64,000 bases of DNA from Patescibacteria group bacterium (lineage in GTDB: Bacteria > Patescibacteriota > Saccharimonadia > Saccharimonadales > CAYUUR01): positions 7,738 to 71,737 of the forward strand of contig JBPOIH010000002.1 of NCBI GenBank assembly GCA_052034685.1. Reading direction: 5' to 3'. Below, one piece after another: positions 47,708 to 57,236 of this stretch. The notes under the pieces are model-generated. The model did no database searches and was not told where the DNA came from. It saw only the letters and a program-made list of their open reading frames with translations. The translations under genes were made by a program, and so were the position numbers. How positions within the stretch are numbered: the stretch's first letter is position 1; each line of letters opens with the position of its first letter.

Positions 47708-48292
47708 CTATTTTGTTGCTTGAATGTCCTGTAACTTAGTAATTAATTCTTGGGTATTTCCGCTCTGCTTCATAGACCAGTCAGGCTTAATGTCCTTTGT
47801 GGCTTTGTTATAATCCCGAAGTTGATCAGGCAGTTCACTAAGTATCTGAGCAACATTAACGCCTCTAACTTGAATGCGATTAGCCAGCTCTTCTTCCGTA
47901 GCCTCAAGACCAATAATAAACACAGGCCTTCTATTTGCATTAGCCACATTAAGATAGCTATCACCATGCATGTAGTATTGAATTATATTATTGTCAAAAA
48001 CCACTAGCTTATTGGGTGCTACGGCAAAAATTTTCTCTACTACCTCCGCCACAATTGCTTTTAGTTCAATACCTTGCTCAGTTGCTTTAGGGTACTTCTT
48101 TAGAAGTATACGAACTTCATCATTACATACATAGGTAGCATCCAATTTATCAACTAGTAGTCGTCGAGTCGTAGATTTCCCTGAACCAGAACAGGCAAAG
48201 AAAAATATACATAATGGAGAATTACTTACCTCTAAGTTAGGTCGGCTAGCGTAATATTCTTCAGCCAGCTTTTTTAGTAAATATTCAGACAT
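47708..48292 (-). CDS. P-loop kinase/zeta-toxin-like ATPase
   Basis: Walker A CSGSGKST. The gene is AT-rich. Confidence 0.55.
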   Translation of the reverse strand: MSEYLLKKLAEEYYASRPNLEVSNSPLCIFFFACSGSGKSTTRRLLVDKLDATYVCNDEVRILLKKYPKATEQGIELKAIVAEVVEKIFAVAPNKLVVFDNNIIQYYMHGDSYLNVANANRRPVFIIGLEATEEELANRIQVRGVNVAQILSELPDQLRDYNKATKDIKPDWSMKQSGNTQELITKLQDIQATK

Positions 48293-48320
48293 AAAGTAAT
48301 CATATCAAACAAATGAGTAA

Positions 48321-48470
48321 CAGGGATTCGACCTACCTTTGGCAGGCCCAGAACTTCTGCCATGACAACAAGTTGTCGGGTGAAGATTCTCTTGCAAACT
48401 GCAACCGGGCAGCTTTCACCCCGACCCTTGGGGTCGGGAGCTCGAACCACTTAGATAGACAACTCAAAAA
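48321..48470 (-). repeat. tRNA-linked structured element E4 (family B)
   Basis: Homologous to 44958..45080 with compensatory hairpin changes. It ends with TCGAATCCCTG (tRNA-Arg(TCT) has TCGAATCCTGC). Confidence 0.65.
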
Positions 48471-48515
48471 CCCGCTTGTGCGTGGTACGGCGTGATTACC
48501 GAGATTAAAATACTA

Positions 48516-48755
48516 CTATAGGGGATGAGTTGATTGGTGTAGAGCTTTTATCTGATCCTTTGAGAGTCTTTTTTTGTCGTTCTCTTCCCATACTCTGCGC
48601 CACTCACCGTATATTTTTTGACGAAGCTCAATATCGCCACCGGCTGCATCATCATATGCATACTGAATCCCACAGCTCGGGCAGATTTCAAATGAATCCA
48701 CGGGATCCAAGTCGCCCCAATCTTCGCCGCATACCAGACATTTGTATTTACTCAT
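48516..48755 (-). CDS. CPCC-type cysteine-rich zinc-ribbon protein
   Basis: CLVCG...FEICPSCGIQYAYDD. TATACT lies 6 nt upstream of the ATG, with no SD. Confidence 0.65.
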   Translation of the reverse strand: MSKYKCLVCGEDWGDLDPVDSFEICPSCGIQYAYDDAAGGDIELRQKIYGEWRRVWEENDKKRLSKDQIKALHQSTHPL

Positions 48756-48769
48756 GCAATAAGTATAGC

Positions 48770-48798
48770 AAAAGACCTCTCTAGCGAAGAGGTCTTTT
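48770..48798. terminator. Hairpin after tRNA-Arg(TCT)
   Basis: aaaagacctct-ctagcga-agaggtctttt. Confidence 0.55.
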
Positions 48799-48812
48799 AA
48801 TCATAAGCAAAT

Positions 48813-48889
48813 TGGTGCCCCGGGCAGGATTCGAACCTGCGACCTTGAGCTTAGAAGTCTCCTGCTCTATCCAGCTGAGCTACCAGGGC
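48813..48889 (-). tRNA. tRNA-Arg(TCT), CCA encoded
   Basis: Hand-folded: GCCCTGG/CCGGGGC acceptor, loop CTTCTAA, T-arm GCAGG-TTCGAAT-CCTGC. The anticodon stem has two mismatched end pairs. Confidence 0.8.
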
Positions 48890-48900
48890 ACACCGCCGCT

Positions 48901-48930
48901 ATTATACCTTCACTAGTGCTATTCTTGCAA
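48901..48930 (-). promoter_or_regulatory. Promoter of tRNA-Arg(TCT)
   Basis: On the minus strand: TTGCAA-18 nt-TATAAT, 11 nt upstream of the tRNA 5' end. Confidence 0.5.
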
Positions 48931-49142
48931 AACAGAGGTTATATTCCTCATAGGACTGCCGCACCTTCAGGCAGCAACAGCGCGCAGCTGGCTGGCCGCA
49001 AAGTGCCTATCTTCTGTCAGCGTAGCTTTGGCTACACTTCCATAATCTAATCTCTTTTCGGCTCAGCCATCCCTCACCCTGTTATCTACCAGAAAATACG
49101 GAAGTCCTATATACTACTAAGCATAAACGGAAACCAATTATT

Positions 49143-50474
49143 ATGGATCAAGAGCCGCAAACTCCTAACACAGACGAACAACCAAGTGCGCCGCCCCCTC
49201 CGACACCGCCAATTAAGACAGAGGATGAGCTGTTTCAATCAGCTGGTCAACACATGGAAATGGAATCATCACCAGAGGTTGCACCAAACCCCGTAGTTGC
49301 GCCCAAGAAATCAAAAAAGAAGCCTATCGTCGCCGTTATTGTCCTAGTGGCATTGCTGGCCGGTGCAGGAGTTGTAGGCTATCTGCTCACGCAGGATCGA
49401 CCGGCCGAGACACCTGCCGCAACCGTACAGCCGGCCGAAACCAAACCCGTAGCACTTACCTACGAGCCAAACACTGTAACTTATACTTACCGCGCAAAGT
49501 CCTCTGACCCCGTAGCAGTATTCACACGTCCAGCTGCCGGTGGTGAACGCAAAGAGATCCAACAACTGACGCGCGACAGCATCATAACGGCTTCAGATAC
49601 TTCTGGGCCGAATAGTGCATTTGTTGACGGCAGCACCATTTACGTCAGCACAGATAACGGAGAAACCTACAAAAAAGTGTTTGAAGGAGAAGCCGGCGCG
49701 CAAGTGACTAGTCTCAAATTTGACGCAGACAATACCGGTTTGGCATTCGGCTACCTTAAAAGTGACAAACCAAAAAATGAAGTCAGAACAATTGATATGT
49801 CTGGCCAGAATGCTAAAACACTATTCACTGCAGACACCGCTGGCGCCTACATATTGGGGTGGTCAAGCAAAGCAGAACGCATGGTATACCAAACAGGCTG
49901 TTACAACTGTGATGGCAGGCCAGAAAACACCTACAGCTTTGATACCAAAAGCACCAAGCGGACTGCGCTACTCGAGGACGTAAAAGCTAATGAACTCGCC
50001 AGCATTTCAGTTTCAAGCGACACATCACTGATGATCTATATTGTAGGCGTCTATCCAACTAACTCTGATGATCCACTGCCGGCGCTGGTCCCACCTTACG
50101 TCGTGAACCTCATAAAGCTAAGCGGCACGGACAAACCTACTGAGATTGCGCGCATTGGTAACGCAGGTGAAAAAAACTCTAACGGTACACTCTTAACCCG
50201 AACAACTCTGGCTGGCTTCACAGCTGGCACCAACACACCGTACTACACCGCCGACAAACAGCTCTTCCTGGTGAAGGCAAACGAAGGACTGCTCTTCTAC
50301 GAATCGGCAGATGTCATAGAAAATGTTGATTACATAAGCGACAAGTATGTCATTTCGAGAACCGGTGACCCGAGTGATTTCACCATGGCTAACTACGATA
50401 CTGCCACCAAGAAATCAGTAACTATCCTCCAAGGTGACAACAACACCACTATCTTTGGCGTCACAACCGACTAA
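49143..50474 (+). CDS. N-terminally anchored extracytoplasmic protein, beta-propeller-like
   Basis: Pro-rich N-terminus, one TM, then repetitive beta-strand-rich sequence. Confidence 0.5.
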   Translation: MDQEPQTPNTDEQPSAPPPPTPPIKTEDELFQSAGQHMEMESSPEVAPNPVVAPKKSKKKPIVAVIVLVALLAGAGVVGYLLTQDRPAETPAATVQPAETKPVALTYEPNTVTYTYRAKSSDPVAVFTRPAAGGERKEIQQLTRDSIITASDTSGPNSAFVDGSTIYVSTDNGETYKKVFEGEAGAQVTSLKFDADNTGLAFGYLKSDKPKNEVRTIDMSGQNAKTLFTADTAGAYILGWSSKAERMVYQTGCYNCDGRPENTYSFDTKSTKRTALLEDVKANELASISVSSDTSLMIYIVGVYPTNSDDPLPALVPPYVVNLIKLSGTDKPTEIARIGNAGEKNSNGTLLTRTTLAGFTAGTNTPYYTADKQLFLVKANEGLLFYESADVIENVDYISDKYVISRTGDPSDFTMANYDTATKKSVTILQGDNNTTIFGVTTD

Positions 50475-50776
50475 TCGAGCTCGATTGCCAAAGACTTTTT
50501 AACCACTTTCTTATTTACAGAATTCTGGAAAAGTCTGTATGCATCACGGTTTTCCTTTACGTATATCATTTTAATCCCAAGTTCTTGATCGCAGCCCTGG
50601 CATACAAGTTTGGATTCTTTTGGCGTCAGGTTGATCATTCTATCAACATACATGCGTTTGAGTGGTCCTGGTCCATCCTTTTGGTATAGACAAATGTGGT
50701 CGTCACATTTCTCACAGGTAACATCGATGATCCTTGACCAGCCTCCTCTTGCTTCGCTGTAAGCGTCTTTTTTCAT
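50471..50776 (-). CDS. Small CxxC zinc-finger protein
   Basis: CEKCDDHIC...CQGCDQ. ATG 50776 is preferred because the track's extension runs into the tRNA-linked repeat. Confidence 0.5.
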   Translation of the reverse strand: MKKDAYSEARGGWSRIIDVTCEKCDDHICLYQKDGPGPLKRMYVDRMINLTPKESKLVCQGCDQELGIKMIYVKENRDAYRLFQNSVNKKVVKKSLAIELD

Positions 50777-50827
50777 AGTGCAATTATAACAAAAGACGTC
50801 GGGAAGGACGTCTTTGTGACTGGCTCG

Positions 50828-50993
50828 TGGTGCGGGTGGAGAGACTATCTGATAAATCAGATGCACCGGCAGCGCATGCTCGGAGCAAGCTCCTGTGCGT
50901 GCACTTTGTCTTCGAACTCGTGCTACGCCCAGTAGAGTTCGATTACTTGTTCACATACCAATCCTTTACTCTCGCGCAGCGAGAACAAAGGAT
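50828..50993 (-). repeat. tRNA-linked structured element E6 (family A-like), ending in an exact 17-nt copy of the tRNA-Gly 3' end
   Basis: 50828-50844 is identical to 50994-51010 (tggtgcgggtggagaga). Internal TCGAACTC...GAGTTCGA is an inverted copy of the T-arm, and there is a GTGCAT box. Confidence 0.7.
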
Positions 50994-51068
50994 TGGTGCG
51001 GGTGGAGAGAATCGAACTCTCGTCTCCAGCTTGGAAGGCTAGCATATTAGCCACTATACAACACCCGC
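50994..51068 (-). tRNA. tRNA-Gly(TCC), CCA encoded
   Basis: Hand-folded: GCGGGTG/CACCCGC acceptor, CTAGC-CTTCCAA-GCTGG anticodon arm. Confidence 0.9.
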
Positions 51069-51111
51069 AAAGTGTCGATTGACCACGCTATTATAACAGA
51101 GACAGCCTGGT

Positions 51112-51699
51112 CTATCCAGTGATGAGCTTCTCGAGCAAGTCGCCCAAAACGTAGGCAAGGCCTGCCGCAATCACGCCCAGTACGAGTGTTTCCATGATAG
51201 AACGTACCCGTGGAGCTTGAGCCACGCGACTTTTAAGCAAACCAATGCCAACAAACGCCAATGCCGTCATAAAGGCCGTTAAGTAGAATGCATCCATGTT
51301 GTTCATTCCAAGATCAAAGATAAAGTCAGCAGTAAACACCAGCAACGGCACCAACCCTACGAGGATAAACGAAGCATAGGTGGTAACACCATTCACTGCA
51401 GGTGACGGCTCATCGGCAATTGATTCACCCTTCTTTTCCATAAGTTGCTGCTCTGATTTGGTAGATAGATACGATCCGACTCCCATCGAGAAGCCGTCAG
51501 CAATCAAGTTAGCAAAGCCGAGCACCAACAAAATTTTGGCCTCAAAGCGCGCGCCAGTTGCACCAGCTACAACCGCAAACGTTGTAACTGCCCCATCGAT
51601 ACCGCCATATACAAACTCACTCAAATAATCTTCTAAGTGTTGTCGAGCCTTTTGATATGGGGATTTTTTGGTAGTTTTTTTCTGTGTAGTCATGCTCAC
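51112..51699 (-). CDS. VIT1/CCC1 family iron/manganese transporter
   Basis: YLSEFVYGGIDGAVTTFAVVAG. Confidence 0.8.
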   Translation of the reverse strand: MSMTTQKKTTKKSPYQKARQHLEDYLSEFVYGGIDGAVTTFAVVAGATGARFEAKILLVLGFANLIADGFSMGVGSYLSTKSEQQLMEKKGESIADEPSPAVNGVTTYASFILVGLVPLLVFTADFIFDLGMNNMDAFYLTAFMTALAFVGIGLLKSRVAQAPRVRSIMETLVLGVIAAGLAYVLGDLLEKLITG

Positions 51700-51706
51700 T
51701 AGTATA

Positions 51707-52351
51707 TCAGATAAGTTGCAGCGTATTCAGGCCGGCAACAACAACCAGCGGCACCAAGACATTATCCATTCCCAGCACACCAACATTTTCCATGAAGGCT
51801 GCAATGAGCGGTAGCCAAATGACAATCCAGATATTTGCCAGCGCATATGATGAACCCTGCATCAATACCACATAACCGATCAGCAGAAATGAAATAACCA
51901 GGAACGTAACCGTACCAACCACACTCTTCTTATACGTAAACACACGGTAGTGCCGTCGCTCACCATAAATAGTGCCAAATATAGCTGCAAACCCATCAGC
52001 CAAGGCAAGGTGCAACACGGCAACTGTAAATACAAGTTCTGTAGACGCGAGCAAAGAAGCCATTAGAATGCCCACCGGGAACAATAATTCACCGTGAGTT
52101 TTTCTCTTCACTTCATGGATAGCTTTAAAGGTGTTTAGTCTTTGCGAAACAAGTACCACCAAGAAGAACGCCACGCACATAACCCTGATCTCCTGCCAGG
52201 TCATAAAGTACGGCCAAAAGGCTACGTACATGCCCACGGTGACATGCACTAACTTGCGACCAACCTCGCCCCTCACGTGCTGTGCGCGCCACAGGTACTC
52301 AGACAAAACCAGAAGGAACAGCACACCGGCAATGGCGAATAGATAGTTCAT
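51707..52351 (-). CDS. CTP-dependent polyprenol/diacylglycerol kinase family membrane protein (dolichol-kinase-like)
   Basis: RKLVHV and LADGFAAIFG motifs; polytopic. Confidence 0.5.
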   Translation of the reverse strand: MNYLFAIAGVLFLLVLSEYLWRAQHVRGEVGRKLVHVTVGMYVAFWPYFMTWQEIRVMCVAFFLVVLVSQRLNTFKAIHEVKRKTHGELLFPVGILMASLLASTELVFTVAVLHLALADGFAAIFGTIYGERRHYRVFTYKKSVVGTVTFLVISFLLIGYVVLMQGSSYALANIWIVIWLPLIAAFMENVGVLGMDNVLVPLVVVAGLNTLQLI

Positions 52352-52377
52352 TGACTCCTATTATACGTCGTGAGAGT

Positions 52378-54574
52378 TTACTTCGCTAGGTGCTTCTGCT
52401 TACGTAATACCACGATCAGTACAGCGCTGAAAGCCAGGACAGACGCAGCAGCCACAAAGTACTGTGTGGGTTGCCCAGTATCTGCGAGATCACTATCGCC
52501 TGAGGCGCTTGTTTCATTCAGACTGTGATAAGCCGAAAATTCTGATGTCGAGCCGTGACTGTAAGTACTAGGATCAGGATTTATTTCTGCTGCAAAAGAC
52601 GACTCAGGTACAAATAGAGAAATGGACACGAGCATGAGTACTGCAACTATTATTTTATTCACAGTCCGATACATACGGTGGCCCATTTCCCCTTCGTAGA
52701 TTATCCGTGCAGTTATTGTTTCTCCACAGCACAGTGGCGGTTGCGGAAACAGTCAAGTTATCATCAATATTAGTTACTCCCGAGAAAACGTGCTCGGCAT
52801 TATCCTCACTACCATCAACTATAAAGCTACCCATGTGCTGCTTACCTTCACCATAACCTAGATTGCCAAGCTGATCGTTTAGATAGAAATCCAAACGATA
52901 CCCCACCAAGTCTTCAGCACGTAGTGATGAACCATCTTCACTATCTTCAATTAAGCCTGCGGTGAAGTCGTAGTTAATAGTAAGTTCTGTGCCATTGCTA
53001 CGTGAACTATTGATAACTGGATAATTAATGTAATTATTGGCCTGATCGGATGGATAGGTAAGGATAAACGCACGATTATCATTCGGGCCCGTATCAACAT
53101 CCGCGACATTGTCGTTCGCAGAATCATGAGCTAGATTGATACCTAAGTTCTCATTGCCAAATATACTGTTGCCTATTACGGAAACACCAAACACGTCAGC
53201 GCCTGGAGACTGGAAGATTTGCACTCCATCGTTACCATTACCGGCAATTACGTTACCTTCGGTGCTGTCGCCGCCGATCTCAATGCGATAAATACTTTGG
53301 GCCCCACCGCAAGGTGACGCTGTAGTAGTCTCATTTACTTGGACCCCATTCTGAGTATTTCCATAGCCCTCGGCGATCAATCCTTCAGTATTAGTCCCAA
53401 TGTAATTGCCCTGAACAACACCCCGCTGGTTGACCGTTGCGGAGCAGCTATTATCTGTCTCTAGATTGTTGTAAATCCTTACACCATTGTTACCGTTGGC
53501 AGATATTACGTTACGTTCGGCCGGCGTATCGCCACCAATCCGATAATCTGTAATAGGCGAATTTGCCCGTACCCCATTACCTAGATTACCTAACGGCAGG
53601 CCCGAAACAGATAACCCTATGTAGTTTCCAATTATGCTAACGTCTCCCTGTTCATATGTGTAGAATCGTATTCCGTCGTTTGTGTTCCCAGATATAACGT
53701 TTGTTTCAATAGTTACCTCAGCGAGATTTCCTATCAGTCCATCGTCTTGCTGGAGCGCATTGGTACCGGATGAATCTGTGCCGATTAAGTTATCCTTGAT
53801 ACTTGTTGTGGGGTGTGAAGAATCACCAATAATACCAACCGCACTTGTCGTGATTAGATTATTCTCTATCGAAAGCCCTTCAATAATACTTCCGACGTTA
53901 ATGCCTATTGTGGTGTCTAGACTGGCGGTACCCTGAGTATTTGTACCAATATAGTTACAATTTATTGATATGTCTGTGTCGGCCCCACTACCAAAACTAT
54001 CTGTACCAACGTTAATTGCCCTGAACTCACTATTCCATGACGTGTCGTGATTGATCACTAGTCCTCGTATAGTTGTATTGCTCGCTTCACCAAGACCTGA
54101 TGAATCAATTATAAAAGCAGTGCCGTACGAATCGGCTAGATCATCTACATATGTAACCTCAATGAGTAAATTGTGTGGGGTATTAGATGTGCTTGGAAGA
54201 GCTGGTACTAAGTCACCACAGCTCGCTCCTGGCTGACTCGTCCCATCAATCAGGACTGTTTCCGTAATGACAGGTAGAGCAGTATCGAGTGAAATCCGAT
54301 GCACCCCGGCACCGGCTATCGCAAAGTTGATCGTGTCGCTACCGTCAAGCATGTTTGCCTCTTCTATCGCTGCACGCAACGTGCAGTTACCCGATCCGTC
54401 ATCGCATATACCATTACCCGCATCGCTATCAGTAGTGTCAAGTATCGAATCTACCTGCAATGTCGCGGCAGACGCCTGGGGGCTGAAAAGAAAGCTTGAG
54501 AACACGACGCCAACCATAAGGATAAAAAATCCAACAAAATATGTGTTCCGCCTACTCAATGTTTTGCCCTTCAT
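52378..54574 (-). pseudogene. CSLREA/beta-helix surface-protein paralog split by a frameshift (ORFs 52655..54574 and 52378..52686)
   Basis: The 102-aa ORF carries the C-terminal module (GSTSEFS...LADTG + TM + basic tail) that is contiguous in paralog 54634..57186. The second frame is open back to 52752 and aligns there (IYEGEMGHRMY against PEEGDPGFGMY). Confidence 0.65.
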
Positions 54575-54633
54575 AATACTTATGCTAAGTATACCAAACG
54601 TAGTTAAAATACAGAAAGTTAACGCGCTGGTAG

Positions 54634-57186
54634 TTATCTGGTAGCGATTGATGTCCTGCTTCTGACGGAAAACACCAATCCACCTACACTCAGTAATATG
54701 GCTACGGCAACTAGCGCGCTCGTTCTTGACGCTCCAGTATCGGCCAGGGTATTTGCTGGATCCTCACTGAGGTTGGTAAATGAAGAGAACTCTGAGGTAG
54801 AACCATAAATGTAACTCCCTTCAGCGGGCGTATACTCAGCAGCACTGACTGTGGGCATAAAGAAATCTTTAATCCGACTAACGACGCTGTGTTCAGGTGC
54901 CGCACTAGGAAGTATATACATGCCAAAACCTGGATCTCCTTCTTCTGGGATAAATGAATCGGTGGTAAGCAGTGTTGCGGTTGCAGAGATATTCACGTCA
55001 TCGCCCAGCGCTACATCGGTTACAAAGGTGTGTTCGGCAGCCGATTCATCTCCATTCACATAGAAGTAACCCAAGTGTGTTTTACCCTGCCCATAGCCAG
55101 ACGGGTCTTCACTGTCGTTTAGGTAAAAATCAAGCCGATAGCCAACAACGTCGATCGTCCCATCATCTTCCTTGGCATCAAAATCGTATACAACTTTCAC
55201 ATAGTCTTCACCATACACAGCGCTGGTTACTTCTGGGTAAGCCACGAAGTGATTAGCTTGCTCAGCGGGGTAAGTTGCTGGATCAGCAGTATTCTTGGTT
55301 GCTGGGCCAGTTTCTACATCGGCCACTCCGTCGTTATCGGTGTCGGTCGCCAAATTTATACCCAAACCGCCATTACTATGAATACTGTTCGGCAATATGG
55401 CGATATTGAATACGTCAGAGCCACCACACAGATATGTATCACCGTCGTACTCATCAAACTCATCATCGCACGTCTCATCAGGCTGGCTATATATCTGCAC
55501 ACCGTCCCCTTCGTTACCAGCAATTACGTTTTGCTCACCGGGATTATCGCCGCCGATTGCGTGATTAAAAACAGATACACCGCCGCCGCAATCTTGCGTG
55601 AAAATCTCGTTAGCTTGAACTCCTGCACCACCATTTCCATAGCCGTCAGCAACTTCTCCACCCACGTTTAACCCAATGTAATTCCCAGTTACGCGCGAGT
55701 TTCTGGTGACCGAACAGCCATCATTATAGATATGCACTCCGGCGTTTGTATTTGCGGAGATTACATTCCTGTCTTCAAGGCTATCCCCACCAATAACCGA
55801 AAAGATATCTGTGCCTACAGAATCTGTGTCTGTAAACACCTCAACCCCATCCGTACCGTTACCTGCCGGTTGACCGCTAGCGTCTAAGCCAATGTAATTC
55901 CCAGTAATCGTAGCGCCCTGTTGACGCACTCTGACGCCAGTATAATCATTACTATAGATAGTATTGTTGTGAATAACGGAATTGGCTAACGCTGAGACGC
56001 CATCCCTGTTGCCGTGTATCAAATTGTCACGAAGCGTGTAGCTCCCGCCATCCAAACCAGAGATATTTGCACCGAACAAAGAATTATCTCGAAGCGTGTT
56101 ATCTGATGCTTCTCCTGTACCATCAGATACAGATATGCCAGTCCCGTCGTTATTTGCAACTAGGTTTGAGGTTATCGTCAATGATGTAGATGAACTAGAC
56201 TGGATCCCCTCGGAACCATTACCGACACTATCGCCATTCATATTGGCACCAATATAATTGTTCGTGATAGACACGCTGTCTGCGCCGTTGACGCCTATCC
56301 CTTGATTTTCACAACCTGCGACAACATTATTATTTACCTGGCTCGTTGCTGCGCCTTCTACATAAATTCCTTGCGAATAATCTTCGCTATCCGTCAGCTC
56401 ATTCTGTCCGGTTTCGTCTGTGCAAAATAAATTGGACTCAACTACATAATTACTGCCCTCACTTACAATGAGTCTTTTTGCGAACAGGTTGTCCTCTATT
56501 GTGATGTTTGTACCGTCTCCGTTCACTGAATAGAGGTCCGCTGCGAAATTTTCTGCGAACGTCACGCCGTCTGTATCAGCCCCGAAATAGTTACAGCTAA
56601 TCACCATATTGGAGACATTGTCTCCAATAACTAGCCCATACACTTGATCGTTACCGTCAAGCCCAGCATTAACAATCCCCAACCCGGTTACAGATGAACC
56701 AGACGAGCCAGTTTCAAATCTCAGAATTGCAAGATTCACGTCAACATAGGTTAGGTCTGAGCCATCGATCACGATACGAAGGTCATGTGGGGTATTAGAT
56801 GCTGCTGGCAGCTCATCAGGTACCAAATCACCGCAAGATGCCCCTGTCTGGCTCGTACCATCCATACTGATCGGGGTTGTTATTTCTGGCAGAAAATCCA
56901 GTAGTGCAATAGTGTGTGGGCCCGCACCAGAAATAGCAAAAGTAATAGTATCAGATTCTGGTGTTGCGTTGGCTTCTTGAATCGCTGCCCGAAGCGTACA
57001 ATTGCCCGAACCATCATCGCAAAGACCATTACCGATATTGTCATCAGTGGCATCGAGTGTTGAATCAACTTCAAACGTCGCCGCCGAAGCTTTCATGGTA
57101 AACAAAAAAGTGGGCGTTATAACGCCTATAACGAGAATTACTAATGGCAGTAAATACCTGCTTTTTATTTTCACTTTGTTACCCAA
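54634..57186 (-). CDS. Sortase-anchored CSLREA-domain, right-handed beta-helix repeat surface protein (850 aa)
   Basis: Signal peptide, GNCTLRAAIQEAN, many NxIxGN-type repeats, and a C-terminal LADTG followed by a hydrophobic segment and RSRTSIATR. Confidence 0.8.
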   Translation of the reverse strand: MGNKVKIKSRYLLPLVILVIGVITPTFLFTMKASAATFEVDSTLDATDDNIGNGLCDDGSGNCTLRAAIQEANATPESDTITFAISGAGPHTIALLDFLPEITTPISMDGTSQTGASCGDLVPDELPAASNTPHDLRIVIDGSDLTYVDVNLAILRFETGSSGSSVTGLGIVNAGLDGNDQVYGLVIGDNVSNMVISCNYFGADTDGVTFAENFAADLYSVNGDGTNITIEDNLFAKRLIVSEGSNYVVESNLFCTDETGQNELTDSEDYSQGIYVEGAATSQVNNNVVAGCENQGIGVNGADSVSITNNYIGANMNGDSVGNGSEGIQSSSSTSLTITSNLVANNDGTGISVSDGTGEASDNTLRDNSLFGANISGLDGGSYTLRDNLIHGNRDGVSALANSVIHNNTIYSNDYTGVRVRQQGATITGNYIGLDASGQPAGNGTDGVEVFTDTDSVGTDIFSVIGGDSLEDRNVISANTNAGVHIYNDGCSVTRNSRVTGNYIGLNVGGEVADGYGNGGAGVQANEIFTQDCGGGVSVFNHAIGGDNPGEQNVIAGNEGDGVQIYSQPDETCDDEFDEYDGDTYLCGGSDVFNIAILPNSIHSNGGLGINLATDTDNDGVADVETGPATKNTADPATYPAEQANHFVAYPEVTSAVYGEDYVKVVYDFDAKEDDGTIDVVGYRLDFYLNDSEDPSGYGQGKTHLGYFYVNGDESAAEHTFVTDVALGDDVNISATATLLTTDSFIPEEGDPGFGMYILPSAAPEHSVVSRIKDFFMPTVSAAEYTPAEGSYIYGSTSEFSSFTNLSEDPANTLADTGASRTSALVAVAILLSVGGLVFSVRSRTSIATR

Positions 57187-57236
57187 TTAATGTACTGGGT
57201 AGATTTTACCACAAGCGTGTTGCCCAAGTCTACCTG

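Noticed and set aside
48313-48495. Track ORF 48313..48495 (60 aa)
   Set aside because: It coincides exactly with structured element E4. Differences between E3 and E4 preserve hairpins rather than a reading frame.
48931-49100. A GC-richer ~170-nt spacer with small hairpins (CTGCC...GGCAG, GTAGC-caaa-GCTAC) upstream of 49143
   Set aside because: I looked for SRP, 6S, RNase P and tmRNA signature motifs and for similarity to the tRNA-linked elements, and found none. It may simply be a 5' UTR or promoter region.
50777-51042. The N-terminal extension of ORF 50471..50866, and ORF 50827..51042
   Set aside because: Both run into the tRNA-Gly-linked repeat and the tRNA itself. An internal ATG at 50776 gives a compact zinc-finger protein.
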